A DNA stretch of 64,000 bases from Verrucomicrobiota bacterium (GTDB lineage: Bacteria > Verrucomicrobiota > Verrucomicrobiia > Limisphaerales > AAA164-E04): contig CP170459.1 in NCBI GenBank assembly GCA_047947115.1, forward strand, positions 3,168,001 to 3,232,000, in the 5' to 3' direction. Positions within the stretch are counted from its first letter, which is position 1, and the number at the start of each line of letters is the position of its first letter. Shown here piece after piece: positions 53,072 through 63,152 of the stretch. A program made the translations under genes and the position numbers. The notes beneath the pieces are model-generated. The model had not been told where the DNA came from and made no database searches. It saw only the letters and a program-made list of their open reading frames with translations.

Positions 53072-55648
53072 TCAGTTGAACTTTAGGAGTTCCTCTACGG
53101 TCCACATGTCTTCACGACCGGGGTATTGATCCCGGATGGCTTTGATTTCCTCTGGTTCAACCGGACTGGCAGTGTGTCCCCATTCACGGCGGACGTAAGT
53201 CATGATGGAAGCCAGTTGTTCGTCATCAAAAACAGCCAATCCTGGCATCACGAGTTCCCATTGTTTTCCTTGTATTTCGATGGGGCCTTGCAAACCGTGA
53301 AGCACGATGCGGATCATGCGTTCTTTGGATCCGGTTGACCAATCGGAGTCCTTCAGCGGCGGGGCCAACCCTTCCTGTCCCATGCCATGAGGTTGGTGGC
53401 AAGCGCCGCAACTGATCAGGAACAGATCACGCCCGGTATCAAAGCGCTTTTGTTGTTCCGCCGTAAGTGGTGCCACTACTGCGGTGTTGATGACCAGGTC
53501 CGCTTTGCCTGGCCAGCTGAACGCATCATAGAGCGCTTTGGCCAGTTCGGAAAGTTTCGCATCGGGCGAAGATGCCAAGGTGGTGAGAGAGTGAAGCGGG
53601 GAGTCCAAACGAATGGGGGCACCCGCGGGAACCCACTCACCTTGGGAACGTTTGAAGGCTGCATCGCGGAATCCGGTCAACAGGCTGGTGGCTTCATGTG
53701 TTTTCAACTCAGTAGCGGTTTCAAAGGTGGATTTGATGGATGAAACGTCGCGGGACCGCATGATGCAGCTGGCCAATTCCGTCAGGATGGTGGTGGCGGC
53801 TTCCGGATTTTTCTGACTCCACCAGGGTGACTGGGCAAGCACACAGTTCAGTAATGCCGCTTCTTTACCTTCGACTCCGGAGAGAACGGCGCTTCGGATG
53901 TATTCATTGGTGGCGTTACGTGTCAAGATCGACGCCAGGGCTTCCAATGCATCTTTGCTGTCGGTCTCGCCAAGGGTCAATGCCAACTGCATTTGAACTT
54001 CCGGCACGTCAAACTGGTGACTCAGCAATTGTTCGATGACCACCGGTTGTTGGGAGCTGGTAAGGTGTTTTTCGGACAAACGAATCGCGGCCGAACGGAC
54101 CTTTGGGTGACTTGATTGAAGGGCATCCTTCAACACAACCCAGTCAAGGCCGCCCATGCCATCCAGTGTCCACAGAGCATGCAGTTGAGCCAGCGGATTG
54201 CGGCTTGATTTCGCCATTTCCGACAGGAGAGGGATGAGGTTGGCGTCGCTTTTCTCGACCAGCAATCGTTGAGCCGTGCTGCGGGTCCATCCGTTGGGGT
54301 GATTGAATTGTTGTGCCAGATCGGAGGCGGACATTTTGGATAATTTCGCGCCTGGGGCGACATCCTTGCCTTTGTAGACCACCTTGTAGATGCGTCCCAG
54401 TCCGATGGGTTCATAAAGCCCTCGATCTTCAATCTGCTGGCGCAGGAAAGAGGTGAGGTAAAAACGGTGTTGGATCAGCCCGCGATAAAAGTCCACAATA
54501 TAGAGTGCTCCATCGGGTCCGTTGTAGGCATTGACCGGTCGAAAACGTTCGTCGGTGGAGGTTAAAAACTCCATTTCATGGTAAGCATTGTTGGAGGCCA
54601 GGATGCCGTTGGATTCGGTCAGTATGTTGCGCCGGACCAAATTCCCGGCCGGTTCAGAGACAAAAGCGTTGCCAACGTATTCGGAAGGAAACTGGCTGCC
54701 TCGGTAAATGACCGGGCCGCAGGCCGCGGTGTATTTGGCGAGTGTGCCATCTTCGCGCAAGGTTCCACGGCGATAGCCGCGGTTGACTCCCGGGTTGATG
54801 CGTGAGGGCCAGACGGTCTGATCTTTTGCAATCCGAACGCTTGCTCCTTTTGCGCCCCGGTAATTGCTGTTTCTACCGAGATAAGCTGCGGGCAGGAGAT
54901 CTCCCCGGAGTTGATCGCTGTTGGAGTTGTAAATGATGCGGCCGAAATTGTCCTGACTGATGCCCCATTGTCCGCGTGAGTGTGTTTCTTCACGCAGCCA
55001 TTCACCGTCCTTGTAACGGAACCGAGTGGTGTGATTTGCGCTGTATATCCAATTGTCCAAAGCCCACATCAGACCGTTGGATGCGTGTTCGGGATTAGAA
55101 CGCATGCCGTGTTTGGGGTCGTTTTGTGTGGCATAATCGTTGGCGATTTCGGTGCGTTTATCGCATTTCAGGTCGCCGTCCAAGTCTTTGCAATACCAGA
55201 GGCGGGGAGGTTCGGCCACCACAAGGCCTCCGTCGATCAGTGCTATGGCACGCGGCATGACCAAACCATCCAGAAAGACGGTTGATTTGTCCATTTTACC
55301 GTCCTGATCGGTGTCTTCCAGTACAACGATGCGTCCGACCGGTTCGGACTCGTTTGTGCCTTCGATATTCGGCATGTATCCGCGCATCTCCACCACCCAG
55401 ATGCGTCCGTCCTGGTCGAATTCCATGGCGACAGGATCGCCAACAAGAGGTTCGGAAGCAACTAATTGGATATCGAATTCCGGTGGGAGCTTGAATGAGG
55501 CAAGAGCATCCTCCGGTGTCAGGGGAGGGGACGGCGGCAATTTGAGGTGATCCGGCAGTGGAGCCTGGTTTTCACCGGCTTTGTCTCCGTTCTGGGCCAT
55601 GGCGATCCATGGCAACGCGCTGATCAAAGTGATGGCAATAAACTTCAT
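53072..55648 (-). CDS. PVC-type membrane-bound dehydrogenase propeller plus HEAT repeats plus cytochrome c
   Basis: LVASEPLV.DPVAM.FD.DGR.WVVEMRGYM, LEDTDQDGKMD and EFL.STDERFRPV motifs; HEAT segment; CGACH heme motif with distal M (LVMPG). Confidence 0.88.
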   Translation of the reverse strand: MKFIAITLISALPWIAMAQNGDKAGENQAPLPDHLKLPPSPPLTPEDALASFKLPPEFDIQLVASEPLVGDPVAMEFDQDGRIWVVEMRGYMPNIEGTNESEPVGRIVVLEDTDQDGKMDKSTVFLDGLVMPRAIALIDGGLVVAEPPRLWYCKDLDGDLKCDKRTEIANDYATQNDPKHGMRSNPEHASNGLMWALDNWIYSANHTTRFRYKDGEWLREETHSRGQWGISQDNFGRIIYNSNSDQLRGDLLPAAYLGRNSNYRGAKGASVRIAKDQTVWPSRINPGVNRGYRRGTLREDGTLAKYTAACGPVIYRGSQFPSEYVGNAFVSEPAGNLVRRNILTESNGILASNNAYHEMEFLTSTDERFRPVNAYNGPDGALYIVDFYRGLIQHRFYLTSFLRQQIEDRGLYEPIGLGRIYKVVYKGKDVAPGAKLSKMSASDLAQQFNHPNGWTRSTAQRLLVEKSDANLIPLLSEMAKSSRNPLAQLHALWTLDGMGGLDWVVLKDALQSSHPKVRSAAIRLSEKHLTSSQQPVVIEQLLSHQFDVPEVQMQLALTLGETDSKDALEALASILTRNATNEYIRSAVLSGVEGKEAALLNCVLAQSPWWSQKNPEAATTILTELASCIMRSRDVSSIKSTFETATELKTHEATSLLTGFRDAAFKRSQGEWVPAGAPIRLDSPLHSLTTLASSPDAKLSELAKALYDAFSWPGKADLVINTAVVAPLTAEQQKRFDTGRDLFLISCGACHQPHGMGQEGLAPPLKDSDWSTGSKERMIRIVLHGLQGPIEIQGKQWELVMPGLAVFDDEQLASIMTYVRREWGHTASPVEPEEIKAIRDQYPGREDMWTVEELLKFN

Positions 55649-55861
55649 GATGAACTAAGATTGGACGTAACCTAACGGTCTCCATTCACCATGGCAATCC
55701 TAAGGAACGAACAAATTGTGTCCACGGCCCATTTGCTTTAAAAAAAACGGGAATATTTGGGCCATCAGGAATCTCTGGTTCTGTGTTGTCAGGTGTAAAG
55801 AGGCTTGATGAGGGGCGATCTTACACAACATGGGCCATGAACCCCAAATAAACCACTAGGA

Positions 55862-56443
55862 ATGACTGCAGCAATCAAATCGGAAAAGACATTTGAAGAG
55901 ATTGTGCAACAACACTATGAGGCCTTGTATCGATTTGCCCACAGTTTGTCGCGTAATGCAAACGATGCGTGTGATTTAACGCAGCAGACCTTCTTCCTGT
56001 GGGCGAGCAAGGGACATCAGTTGCGGGACAAAAGCAAGGTGAAATCCTGGCTTTTTACCACACTTTACCGTGAATTTCTCGGTATCCGGCGCAAGCAAAC
56101 GCGGTTTCCCCAGGTCGAAGTGGAGCAGGTGGAGCACGTGATGCCGAGCATTTCACCGAACATGGTGAACGAACTGGATGGGGACACGATTGTTGATTTG
56201 CTTCACAGTATTGAGGAGACCTACCGGGTGCCTCTCACGTTGTTTTACTTGCAGCAGCATTCCTATCTTGAGATTGCCGGAATCCTGAATATACCGATTG
56301 GAACGGTGATGTCTCGACTTTCCAGAGGTAAATCCCAGTTGCGCACACTCATACGATCCCATGACTCAGGGGGGATTAAAAAAAAGATTGTTCCCATGAA
56401 TCCTGAAGCCCCGGGAAATATGAAAACGGGGAACGGACATTAA
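55862..56443 (+). CDS. ECF RNA polymerase sigma factor
   Basis: Region 2 DACDLTQQTF...KSWLFT; region 4 SYLEIA..LNIPIGTVMSRLSRG. Confidence 0.93.
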   Translation: MTAAIKSEKTFEEIVQQHYEALYRFAHSLSRNANDACDLTQQTFFLWASKGHQLRDKSKVKSWLFTTLYREFLGIRRKQTRFPQVEVEQVEHVMPSISPNMVNELDGDTIVDLLHSIEETYRVPLTLFYLQQHSYLEIAGILNIPIGTVMSRLSRGKSQLRTLIRSHDSGGIKKKIVPMNPEAPGNMKTGNGH

Positions 56444-56461
56444 CTTTACCAGATCACGAAG

Positions 56462-57199
56462 ATGACACGCGAAGAAGCCAAGTTTCTTTTAAGGGCGTAC
56501 CGCCCAGACGGACAAGATGCCGGACTTCCGGAATTTGCCAGGGCGCTGGAATGGGTGGATCAGGATCCTGAACTCAAACAGTGGTTCGAATCGGAAAACG
56601 CGTTTGACCGGGCCATGGTGACAAAGGTGAATCAGGAGAAGGTTCCCGAGGATCTGTTGGCCAGCATTCTTGTAGCCAACAAAGTGGCCCGACCGCCCCG
56701 CACTGCCTGGACCCTGGGGGGGGTGAAGTGGGCTGTAGCTGTGGTGTTTGCCGGTGCCATTCTCATGACCGCTCTCAAAGGGCGTGGGAATGATGATCTG
56801 GCGCCTTTTCGCAGTGATGTGATGGCGCACCTCAAGGTTCCCGGGCATCAGTTTGATTTTGAAGCAAAGAATTTTTCAGAACTGAAATCCTGGATGGATG
56901 CCCGGGACATTAAAATGGATGTGGGGCCCATTGATCATCTGACCTCTCTTCCGACACATGGCTGCAAGATCATGGACTGGGGGGGGCAGATCGTCACGTT
57001 GATCTGTTTTGAACTGCCTGATCGCCGAAACGTCCATCTTTTTGTGTTCCATGAAATGCAGATGGCCGATCCCAAAGGCCTGGAGGAACCGCTGTGGCAG
57101 GAAGAAGAAGGTTGGACAACCGTGGGTTGGACGACAGGTTCTGATCTCTTCATGTTGGCTGGACAGATTCCAAAGCAGGATTTGCGGCAATACCTTTGA
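56462..57199 (+). CDS. Single-TM anti-sigma factor (DUF3379-like)
   Basis: Directly downstream of the ECF sigma gene; N-terminal helical domain, one TM and a periplasmic GC...V.LICF....VHLFV domain. Confidence 0.75.
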   Translation: MTREEAKFLLRAYRPDGQDAGLPEFARALEWVDQDPELKQWFESENAFDRAMVTKVNQEKVPEDLLASILVANKVARPPRTAWTLGGVKWAVAVVFAGAILMTALKGRGNDDLAPFRSDVMAHLKVPGHQFDFEAKNFSELKSWMDARDIKMDVGPIDHLTSLPTHGCKIMDWGGQIVTLICFELPDRRNVHLFVFHEMQMADPKGLEEPLWQEEEGWTTVGWTTGSDLFMLAGQIPKQDLRQYL

Positions 57200-57212
57200 C
57201 GTTTTCGCTGTG

Positions 57213-57251
57213 TTGACGGTTGGGGGTGGGGTGGCATAGGTTGCTTGCATG
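57213..57251 (+). promoter_or_regulatory. Putative sigma70 promoter giving a leaderless uvrB transcript
   Basis: TTGACG(57213)-N18-TAGGTT(57237)-N6-ATG(57249). Confidence 0.5.
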
Positions 57252-59324
57252 TTTGATTTGGAGGCACCTTTTCCACCTGCGGGTGATCAGCCGGAAGCGA
57301 TTCGGAAGCTGAGCGGAGGATTGCGGAGCGGTAACCGGCATCAGGTGCTCCTGGGAGTGACCGGTTCGGGCAAGACCTATACCATTGCCAATGTCATCGC
57401 CGAAATACAGCGTCCGACGCTGATCATTTCTCATAACAAAACATTGGCAGCCCAATTGTATTCCGAATTCAAAGGATTCTTCCCCCGGAATGCCGTTGAG
57501 TATTTTGTCAGTTACTTTGATTACTACCAGCCCGAGGCATACCTGCCTCAGACCGACACGTTCATCGAGAAAGATTCAAGCATCAATGACGAGATCGAGA
57601 GGCTGCGTTTGTCGACCACCAGTTCGCTTGTCTCCCGACGTGACGTCATTGTGGTGGCGAGTGTGTCCTGCATCTACGGATTGGGAAGCAAGGAGGATTA
57701 CGAGGCCATGATGATTCCCTTGAAGGTGGGTGATGATCTGACGCGGGAACAGTTTCTCCACCGACTGGTGGATCTCCAATACGAACGGAATGACGTGGCT
57801 CTGACGCCCGGCAAGTTTCGTGTCAGAGGTGACACGGTCGAAGTCGCACCGGCCTATATGGAAGAGGGGATTCGACTGGAATTTTTCGGTGATGAATTGG
57901 ATCGGATGACGCAATTCGAAGTTCTGACCGGCCATCGCATTGATTCTCTGGAATACGTCACCATTTATCCGAGTAAGCAGTTCGTCACACCACGCGAAAA
58001 AATGAAGCGCGCCATTTTGTCCATTCGGGAAGAATTGACGGGGCGTATCGCCGAGTTTGAAAAGGACGGGAAGTTGCTGGAAGCGCAGCGCATCAAGATG
58101 CGCACCGAGTATGACCTGGAGATGATGGAGGAGATGGGATTCTGCTCCGGAATTGAGAACTATTCCAGACACATATCCGGGCGTCCTCCTGGATCCAAAC
58201 CTTATACGTTGCTGGATTTCTTTCCCGAAGATTACCTGTTGGTCATTGATGAATCACATGCAACGGTTCCGCAGATCGGTGGTATGTATGCGGGGGACCG
58301 TTCGCGTAAAACAGTGTTGGTGGAACATGGGTTTCGGCTGCCCAGCGCTTTGGACAACCGGCCTCTGAATTTTGACGAATTCCAGGATCATCAACATCAG
58401 ACCATTTATGTCAGCGCCACTCCAGCCGGTCGTGAATTGGAATGGGCCAGGAACCAGGTGGTCGAACAAATCGTTCGACCGACCGGCCTCGTGGACCCGG
58501 AGATCGTTGTTCGCCCGCTGCAAGGGCAGATTGATGACCTGATCGAGGAGGCTCGCAAGCGGGTGGAACTCAAGGAGCGTGTGCTGGTGACCACCCTGAC
58601 CAAACGGACGGCTGAGGAACTGACCGATTATCTGAATGAAATCGGTATTGAAGTACGCTATCTCCACAGTGAAATCGACGCTATTGAGCGAGTGGAAATT
58701 CTCAGGGCGTTACGAAGGGGAGAGTTTGATGTATTGGTGGGGATCAATCTTTTGAGGGAGGGATTGGATCTGCCGGAGGTTTCCATGGTAGCCATTCTGG
58801 ATGCAGACAAAGAGGGATACCTGCGTTCAACGACCAGTCTGGTTCAGACAGCAGGACGAGCCGCACGTCATCTGAATGGCAAGGTGTATCTTTATGCCGA
58901 CGTGATGACCAAAAGCATTCGCGAATTCCTTGCGATCTCGAAATATCGCCGGGAAAAGCAACTGGAACACAATCAAAAGCACGGCATTACTCCCAAGAGT
59001 GTCTCCCGCGCGGTGGAAGATGGCTTGTCCTATCAACTGCGAGGGCGCAAAGAGGCGGATATGGTTCTTCGGGAGACGGCTGAAAACCAGGATGTCACCG
59101 ACACCATCAAGGAACTCGAATCCGAAATGCAGGAGGCTTCATCCCGACTGGAGTTTGAAAAAGCCGCTTTGATACGGGATCAGATTCGAGAATTGAAACG
59201 GAGCGCGGGCATGGAAGTTGCCCCGCGCAAGAAGGCCGCTCCAACCAAAGTCAGCTACCAGACAAAAAACAAAAAGCGGCGATCCGTTCAGCTCAAGAAA
59301 ACCACTCGAAATACCGAAAAATGA
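57249..59324 (+). CDS. uvrB: Excinuclease ABC subunit B
   Basis: GDQPEAI, LGVTGSGKT, FVSYFDYYQPEAY, DESH and GINLLREGLD motifs; UVR domain LEFEKAALIRD. Confidence 0.98.
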   Translation: MFDLEAPFPPAGDQPEAIRKLSGGLRSGNRHQVLLGVTGSGKTYTIANVIAEIQRPTLIISHNKTLAAQLYSEFKGFFPRNAVEYFVSYFDYYQPEAYLPQTDTFIEKDSSINDEIERLRLSTTSSLVSRRDVIVVASVSCIYGLGSKEDYEAMMIPLKVGDDLTREQFLHRLVDLQYERNDVALTPGKFRVRGDTVEVAPAYMEEGIRLEFFGDELDRMTQFEVLTGHRIDSLEYVTIYPSKQFVTPREKMKRAILSIREELTGRIAEFEKDGKLLEAQRIKMRTEYDLEMMEEMGFCSGIENYSRHISGRPPGSKPYTLLDFFPEDYLLVIDESHATVPQIGGMYAGDRSRKTVLVEHGFRLPSALDNRPLNFDEFQDHQHQTIYVSATPAGRELEWARNQVVEQIVRPTGLVDPEIVVRPLQGQIDDLIEEARKRVELKERVLVTTLTKRTAEELTDYLNEIGIEVRYLHSEIDAIERVEILRALRRGEFDVLVGINLLREGLDLPEVSMVAILDADKEGYLRSTTSLVQTAGRAARHLNGKVYLYADVMTKSIREFLAISKYRREKQLEHNQKHGITPKSVSRAVEDGLSYQLRGRKEADMVLRETAENQDVTDTIKELESEMQEASSRLEFEKAALIRDQIRELKRSAGMEVAPRKKAAPTKVSYQTKNKKRRSVQLKKTTRNTEK

Positions 59325-59328
59325 CTGG

Positions 59329-59453
59329 TTATAACGTTTGCCAAAAGTAATTTCAGAAAAAACTCTGAGTCACTGCGTCCCTAGCGCAGCGGGCGTGAGA
59401 ATAAGAAGCATCAGCGAGCCCTTATGCTCAAATACTTTTGGCAATCAGTATAA
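59329..59453. mobile_element. Putative MITE / ERIC-like intergenic element (~125 bp, TATA ends)
   Basis: Left end TTATAACGTTTGCCAAAAGTA versus reverse complement of right end TTATACTGATTGCCAAAAGTA (18/21 identical); internal hairpin CTGCG...CGCAG. Confidence 0.6.
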
Positions 59454-59614
59454 TCAAAACTGGTTGAGTGTGGTTCTCAAGGAAGTGGGCATATTGCGAG
59501 GCAAAGACTCATCGGTCCGAGATGATTCAAACCGTGGAATCCGGTCAGATCAGCAATCAACGTGTGTTCGAGAACGACGGACTGGATCATGTTTGGCGAG
59601 ATCAGTGCTGCCGG

Positions 59615-62600
59615 TCACGCCTTTGGCGGCTCCACATTCAGTCCGTTCATTCCTGAGATCACCGAGCGGATATGCAGGTCACGTTGGGGGAAGGGGATTT
59701 CGATCCCTTCCATGTTGAAGCGTTCATGAATCTGGGTGTGTATCTCATGGATGGTTGCCAGTCGTTTGTCGAGGTTGGGAAGGTAACATCGCAGCACGAT
59801 ATTGAGCGAGCTGTCTCCAAACTGGTCGAATGCTGCGAATGGTGCCGGATCATCCATGACCTCGGGATGGTTGTTGGCGATTTCCAAAAGCAGATTCTTG
59901 GCTTTCTCGGTGTCGGAACCATAGGCCACTCCCACGGTAATCGTGATACGGTTGACAGTGTTGGTCAGGGTCCAGTTAAGTATTCTTCCGGTAATGAATT
60001 CCTTGTTGGGGACGATGAATTCCTGGCGATCCCAGTTCATGATGGTGGTGGCTCTGATCTGGATACGTGTGACCATGCCGGAAACATCCGATACGGTGAC
60101 AATATCACCAACCCGTATGGGGCGTTCGATGAACAGCAGGATTCCGCAGACAAAATTGGCAACGATTTCCTGAAGGCCGAAACCCAGACCCACACTCAGC
60201 GCGGCAAGAATCCATCCGAACTGGCTCCATTCAATACCGAAGAAACTCAATGCCCAAAGAACGCCTATGGATACAATGAGGTATTGGCAGATGGTGGTGA
60301 TGGCGTAGCGGTTTCCTGATTGTAGGGGGAGGTTTTGGAGGATGGCTATTTCGAGCACGCCCGGAATGTTTCTGGCAGCGGCGATGGTCAGCAGGCTGAC
60401 AATCAAAAACTGAATCAGATTGAGCAATGTGGTTGTATGAATGGTTTTGGTTCCGTCGACCACTACTTCGGAATCCCATACGACAAAGGTGTTGAGAAAG
60501 TTCAAAGCAGGCACAACTCCCGACCAAACCATCCAAAAACTGGCCAGAATGAGGCAGCCAACCAGAGTGCCCAAAAGTCTGCGGGGCTGTTCTTTCACAG
60601 CCGACAAATCCACATCGGGATCTTCCACGGCAGGCAGCGCCATTTCGTCCTGGGACACAGGAGATTCCTGTTGTGCGGTGCGTCTTTTTTCCAGGGCTTG
60701 TTCCAGGGCAATTTTTCGCTCTTGCACGTAAAAGTAGCGCAACCCCCAATCGTGGAGAACCATCGTGAATATCACCAGGCCGAAAGAAGCCAGCAAGCGC
60801 ATGCCCAGATGAACGGCGGCATAGTAGTATCCCAATATGGCGAGCAGTATCAGGGAAAGTGGAATCGCCAAGGTCAGTTTGATCCAGAAACCCGAGGTGC
60901 GCGCCAGCCATGATTTTGGATTGTCCTCAATAACTTTTGCGAACATGCCTGTGTTCGGGTGTAGGATGCTCCTCAGAAACAAGGTGGTGGCCCCCATGGA
61001 AACGATGAATGCCAGTCTTCCCATTGAATCCTTATAGGAGGGTTCCGCCTGATACTCCATCATGACCGTGATCCAACCTGTCAGGCTTGCCAGACTTACG
61101 AACCAGACCATGTGACGGCGGATCAACTTGATGGTCGCTTCCTTCCACCTGAAGTGAACCTCGGCGATTCCTTTTGGCCTGCATAGTTCCATCAGGAACA
61201 ACAGGGCGAACAAGTTGCAGCTGACAAAGAGCAGACTGGCCCCAAGCGCCTGGGAAAACTCAAGTTCCAGCGCCGTTTGGGTGAGTGCCTTGCCGACGAA
61301 TGCCACTGGCAGTGAGATAATGAGTGATTGCAGGAGCACCGTCACCATGAACAGGCTGGTGTGCCAGAAGGAGTCAGTGGAAATGCGCCTTGTCAACAGG
61401 GACCAGGTTTCCGCTTTTTTTCGGATACGTCGCCGCAAAACGAGCATGCTTCCCGAAAATAAAAGTACCATTGCCGACTGAAACGGCGTTTCTTGGGTGA
61501 CTTCTTTAATGGCAGAGCCCGCTTCCTTCCAGTGGTCCGGGCGAAACAACCATTTTGCGGCGTCCATCCATGGAGCTTTGATCCATCCCAGAACGGAAGT
61601 CGAAGTCGGAACCCACATCAGTTTTGCATCGAGAAAATCACGATAGTTTTTAACCGAAAGGATATAGCTTTCGTAGTCTGAATGGTACTTGCCCAGCCTG
61701 TCGATGAGGGAGCCATAATTTTCGCTCAACTGATTGAGGTAACCGCGTTGTTGAGTGAGCAGCTTTTCGGTTTCCATCAACAGATCGGAATATTGGTCGC
61801 TGTTCTGGATGTCCGTGTCCCCTGCGGTCAACAAGGCTTCGGGTGTGCTCAGGCTGTCCAGGTCTTCATCCGTTTGGAAGTCTTTCAGCCGGTATTCCCT
61901 GATGGTAGATTCCAGAACACTGTTTGTTTTTTCAAGTGCATTGATTGTGGGGAGTCGCCTGCGCTGGACAAGTAACAGGTCGACCAGTGTGCGATCGATT
62001 CCCAGAACTTCTATCTTTTTGCTAATGTCGGTAAATACTCCCCCGATACTGGTCAGTTTTTGTGTCAAGACCTCCTGTTCGGGAGTGAGTTCTCCCAATC
62101 GTTCTGCCACTTGAGAAATCTCGGTGGTTAATTTCGAATTGGTTTCGGCGATGAATTTGATGACTTCGTGTTTGTTGATCGCTTCCCTTTTGATGCGGTC
62201 TGCTTCTCGTTTCGCTTCGGCGGCTTCTTCCTGTCTGCGTTGGTTGACTCTTTCTTCCAGCGCCTTGACTTTGGCATCCAGCAAGGCAACGCGGCGCTGA
62301 TTCAAATCCTTGATCGCTCGGCGGAGATTAAGGCGGGTGTCATGACTGAGTGACTCCTGTTCCAGCCGCGTGATTTCATTCGATCGGGCTTGTCTCCGGG
62401 CTTCCAGCACCGCCAGTCGCGCTTTGGCTTCCAGAGGAGTTTCCTGCTCGGGAGGCGCTGCAGTCAGAGCGCTTGTGGTTTCTGCCAGCTTCTTCCTGGC
62501 CTCCTCCATTTCGACACGGTTTTTCTCCGGGCGAGTGGATTGTGTCTGGATTTCCGCATCCACCTTGTTGAGTTCGTTCTTGAGATCGGCAAGGCGGGCC

Positions 62601-63037
62601 TTCTCGGTGGTCAGAATTTGCTCAAGATCTTTGGAGCTTGCCGAGGGACTGATGTCTGCGAGGTGATTGGTTTGAGCGTTTGAACCACTGATTGCCGGCA
62701 ACGCTTCCAGTTGGGTTTTCAATGATTTGATCTCATCCGGTCCAGAGCTGATCAAGTTGCGAAACTGATCCGCCTCGCTTTTGAACGTGGCCGCTTGGGC
62801 AAACCGCTCCTGGGCCAGCTTGAATTGATCCGTGAGATTCTTTTTCAAGGTTTCGTCCAGATCCTGATTTGTCTCCAGCTGACTTAATTCCGATTTGATC
62901 TGATCGACGTTCCATGATGCAGACGAGCTCTGTGTTCCGCCATCTGTGGCTGTTACCGGGGTCTGTGCTTTCAGGAAACATGTTCCCAGTGCAAGGGCGA
63001 TTGCGATACCCAGGTAGGCTCTTTGTAAGAATTGCAT
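59615..63037 (-). CDS. MscK/MscM-like large mechanosensitive channel (MscS family)
   Basis: Signal peptide, long coiled coil, multi-TM region and GLGFGLQEIVANF, ERPIRVGD, IRATTI and IEIPFPQRDLH motifs; start uncertain (63037 or 63070). Confidence 0.92.
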   Translation of the reverse strand: MQFLQRAYLGIAIALALGTCFLKAQTPVTATDGGTQSSSASWNVDQIKSELSQLETNQDLDETLKKNLTDQFKLAQERFAQAATFKSEADQFRNLISSGPDEIKSLKTQLEALPAISGSNAQTNHLADISPSASSKDLEQILTTEKARLADLKNELNKVDAEIQTQSTRPEKNRVEMEEARKKLAETTSALTAAPPEQETPLEAKARLAVLEARRQARSNEITRLEQESLSHDTRLNLRRAIKDLNQRRVALLDAKVKALEERVNQRRQEEAAEAKREADRIKREAINKHEVIKFIAETNSKLTTEISQVAERLGELTPEQEVLTQKLTSIGGVFTDISKKIEVLGIDRTLVDLLLVQRRRLPTINALEKTNSVLESTIREYRLKDFQTDEDLDSLSTPEALLTAGDTDIQNSDQYSDLLMETEKLLTQQRGYLNQLSENYGSLIDRLGKYHSDYESYILSVKNYRDFLDAKLMWVPTSTSVLGWIKAPWMDAAKWLFRPDHWKEAGSAIKEVTQETPFQSAMVLLFSGSMLVLRRRIRKKAETWSLLTRRISTDSFWHTSLFMVTVLLQSLIISLPVAFVGKALTQTALELEFSQALGASLLFVSCNLFALLFLMELCRPKGIAEVHFRWKEATIKLIRRHMVWFVSLASLTGWITVMMEYQAEPSYKDSMGRLAFIVSMGATTLFLRSILHPNTGMFAKVIEDNPKSWLARTSGFWIKLTLAIPLSLILLAILGYYYAAVHLGMRLLASFGLVIFTMVLHDWGLRYFYVQERKIALEQALEKRRTAQQESPVSQDEMALPAVEDPDVDLSAVKEQPRRLLGTLVGCLILASFWMVWSGVVPALNFLNTFVVWDSEVVVDGTKTIHTTTLLNLIQFLIVSLLTIAAARNIPGVLEIAILQNLPLQSGNRYAITTICQYLIVSIGVLWALSFFGIEWSQFGWILAALSVGLGFGLQEIVANFVCGILLFIERPIRVGDIVTVSDVSGMVTRIQIRATTIMNWDRQEFIVPNKEFITGRILNWTLTNTVNRITITVGVAYGSDTEKAKNLLLEIANNHPEVMDDPAPFAAFDQFGDSSLNIVLRCYLPNLDKRLATIHEIHTQIHERFNMEGIEIPFPQRDLHIRSVISGMNGLNVEPPKA

Positions 63038-63152
63038 GAAATGTGATGGTGGAATGCTTCCTTGTGGCATCCTTGATTATTTCCGATTCACTCGGATCAA
63101 GCCCCAATATTCTTCATCCCCTCGAAACTGCATGTCGGAATTATCAAAGAGA

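Noticed and set aside
55745..55830. Autoregulatory ECF promoter (GGAATA...TCT) and leader hairpin
   Set aside because: Plausible but too degenerate to support without the sigma group's consensus.
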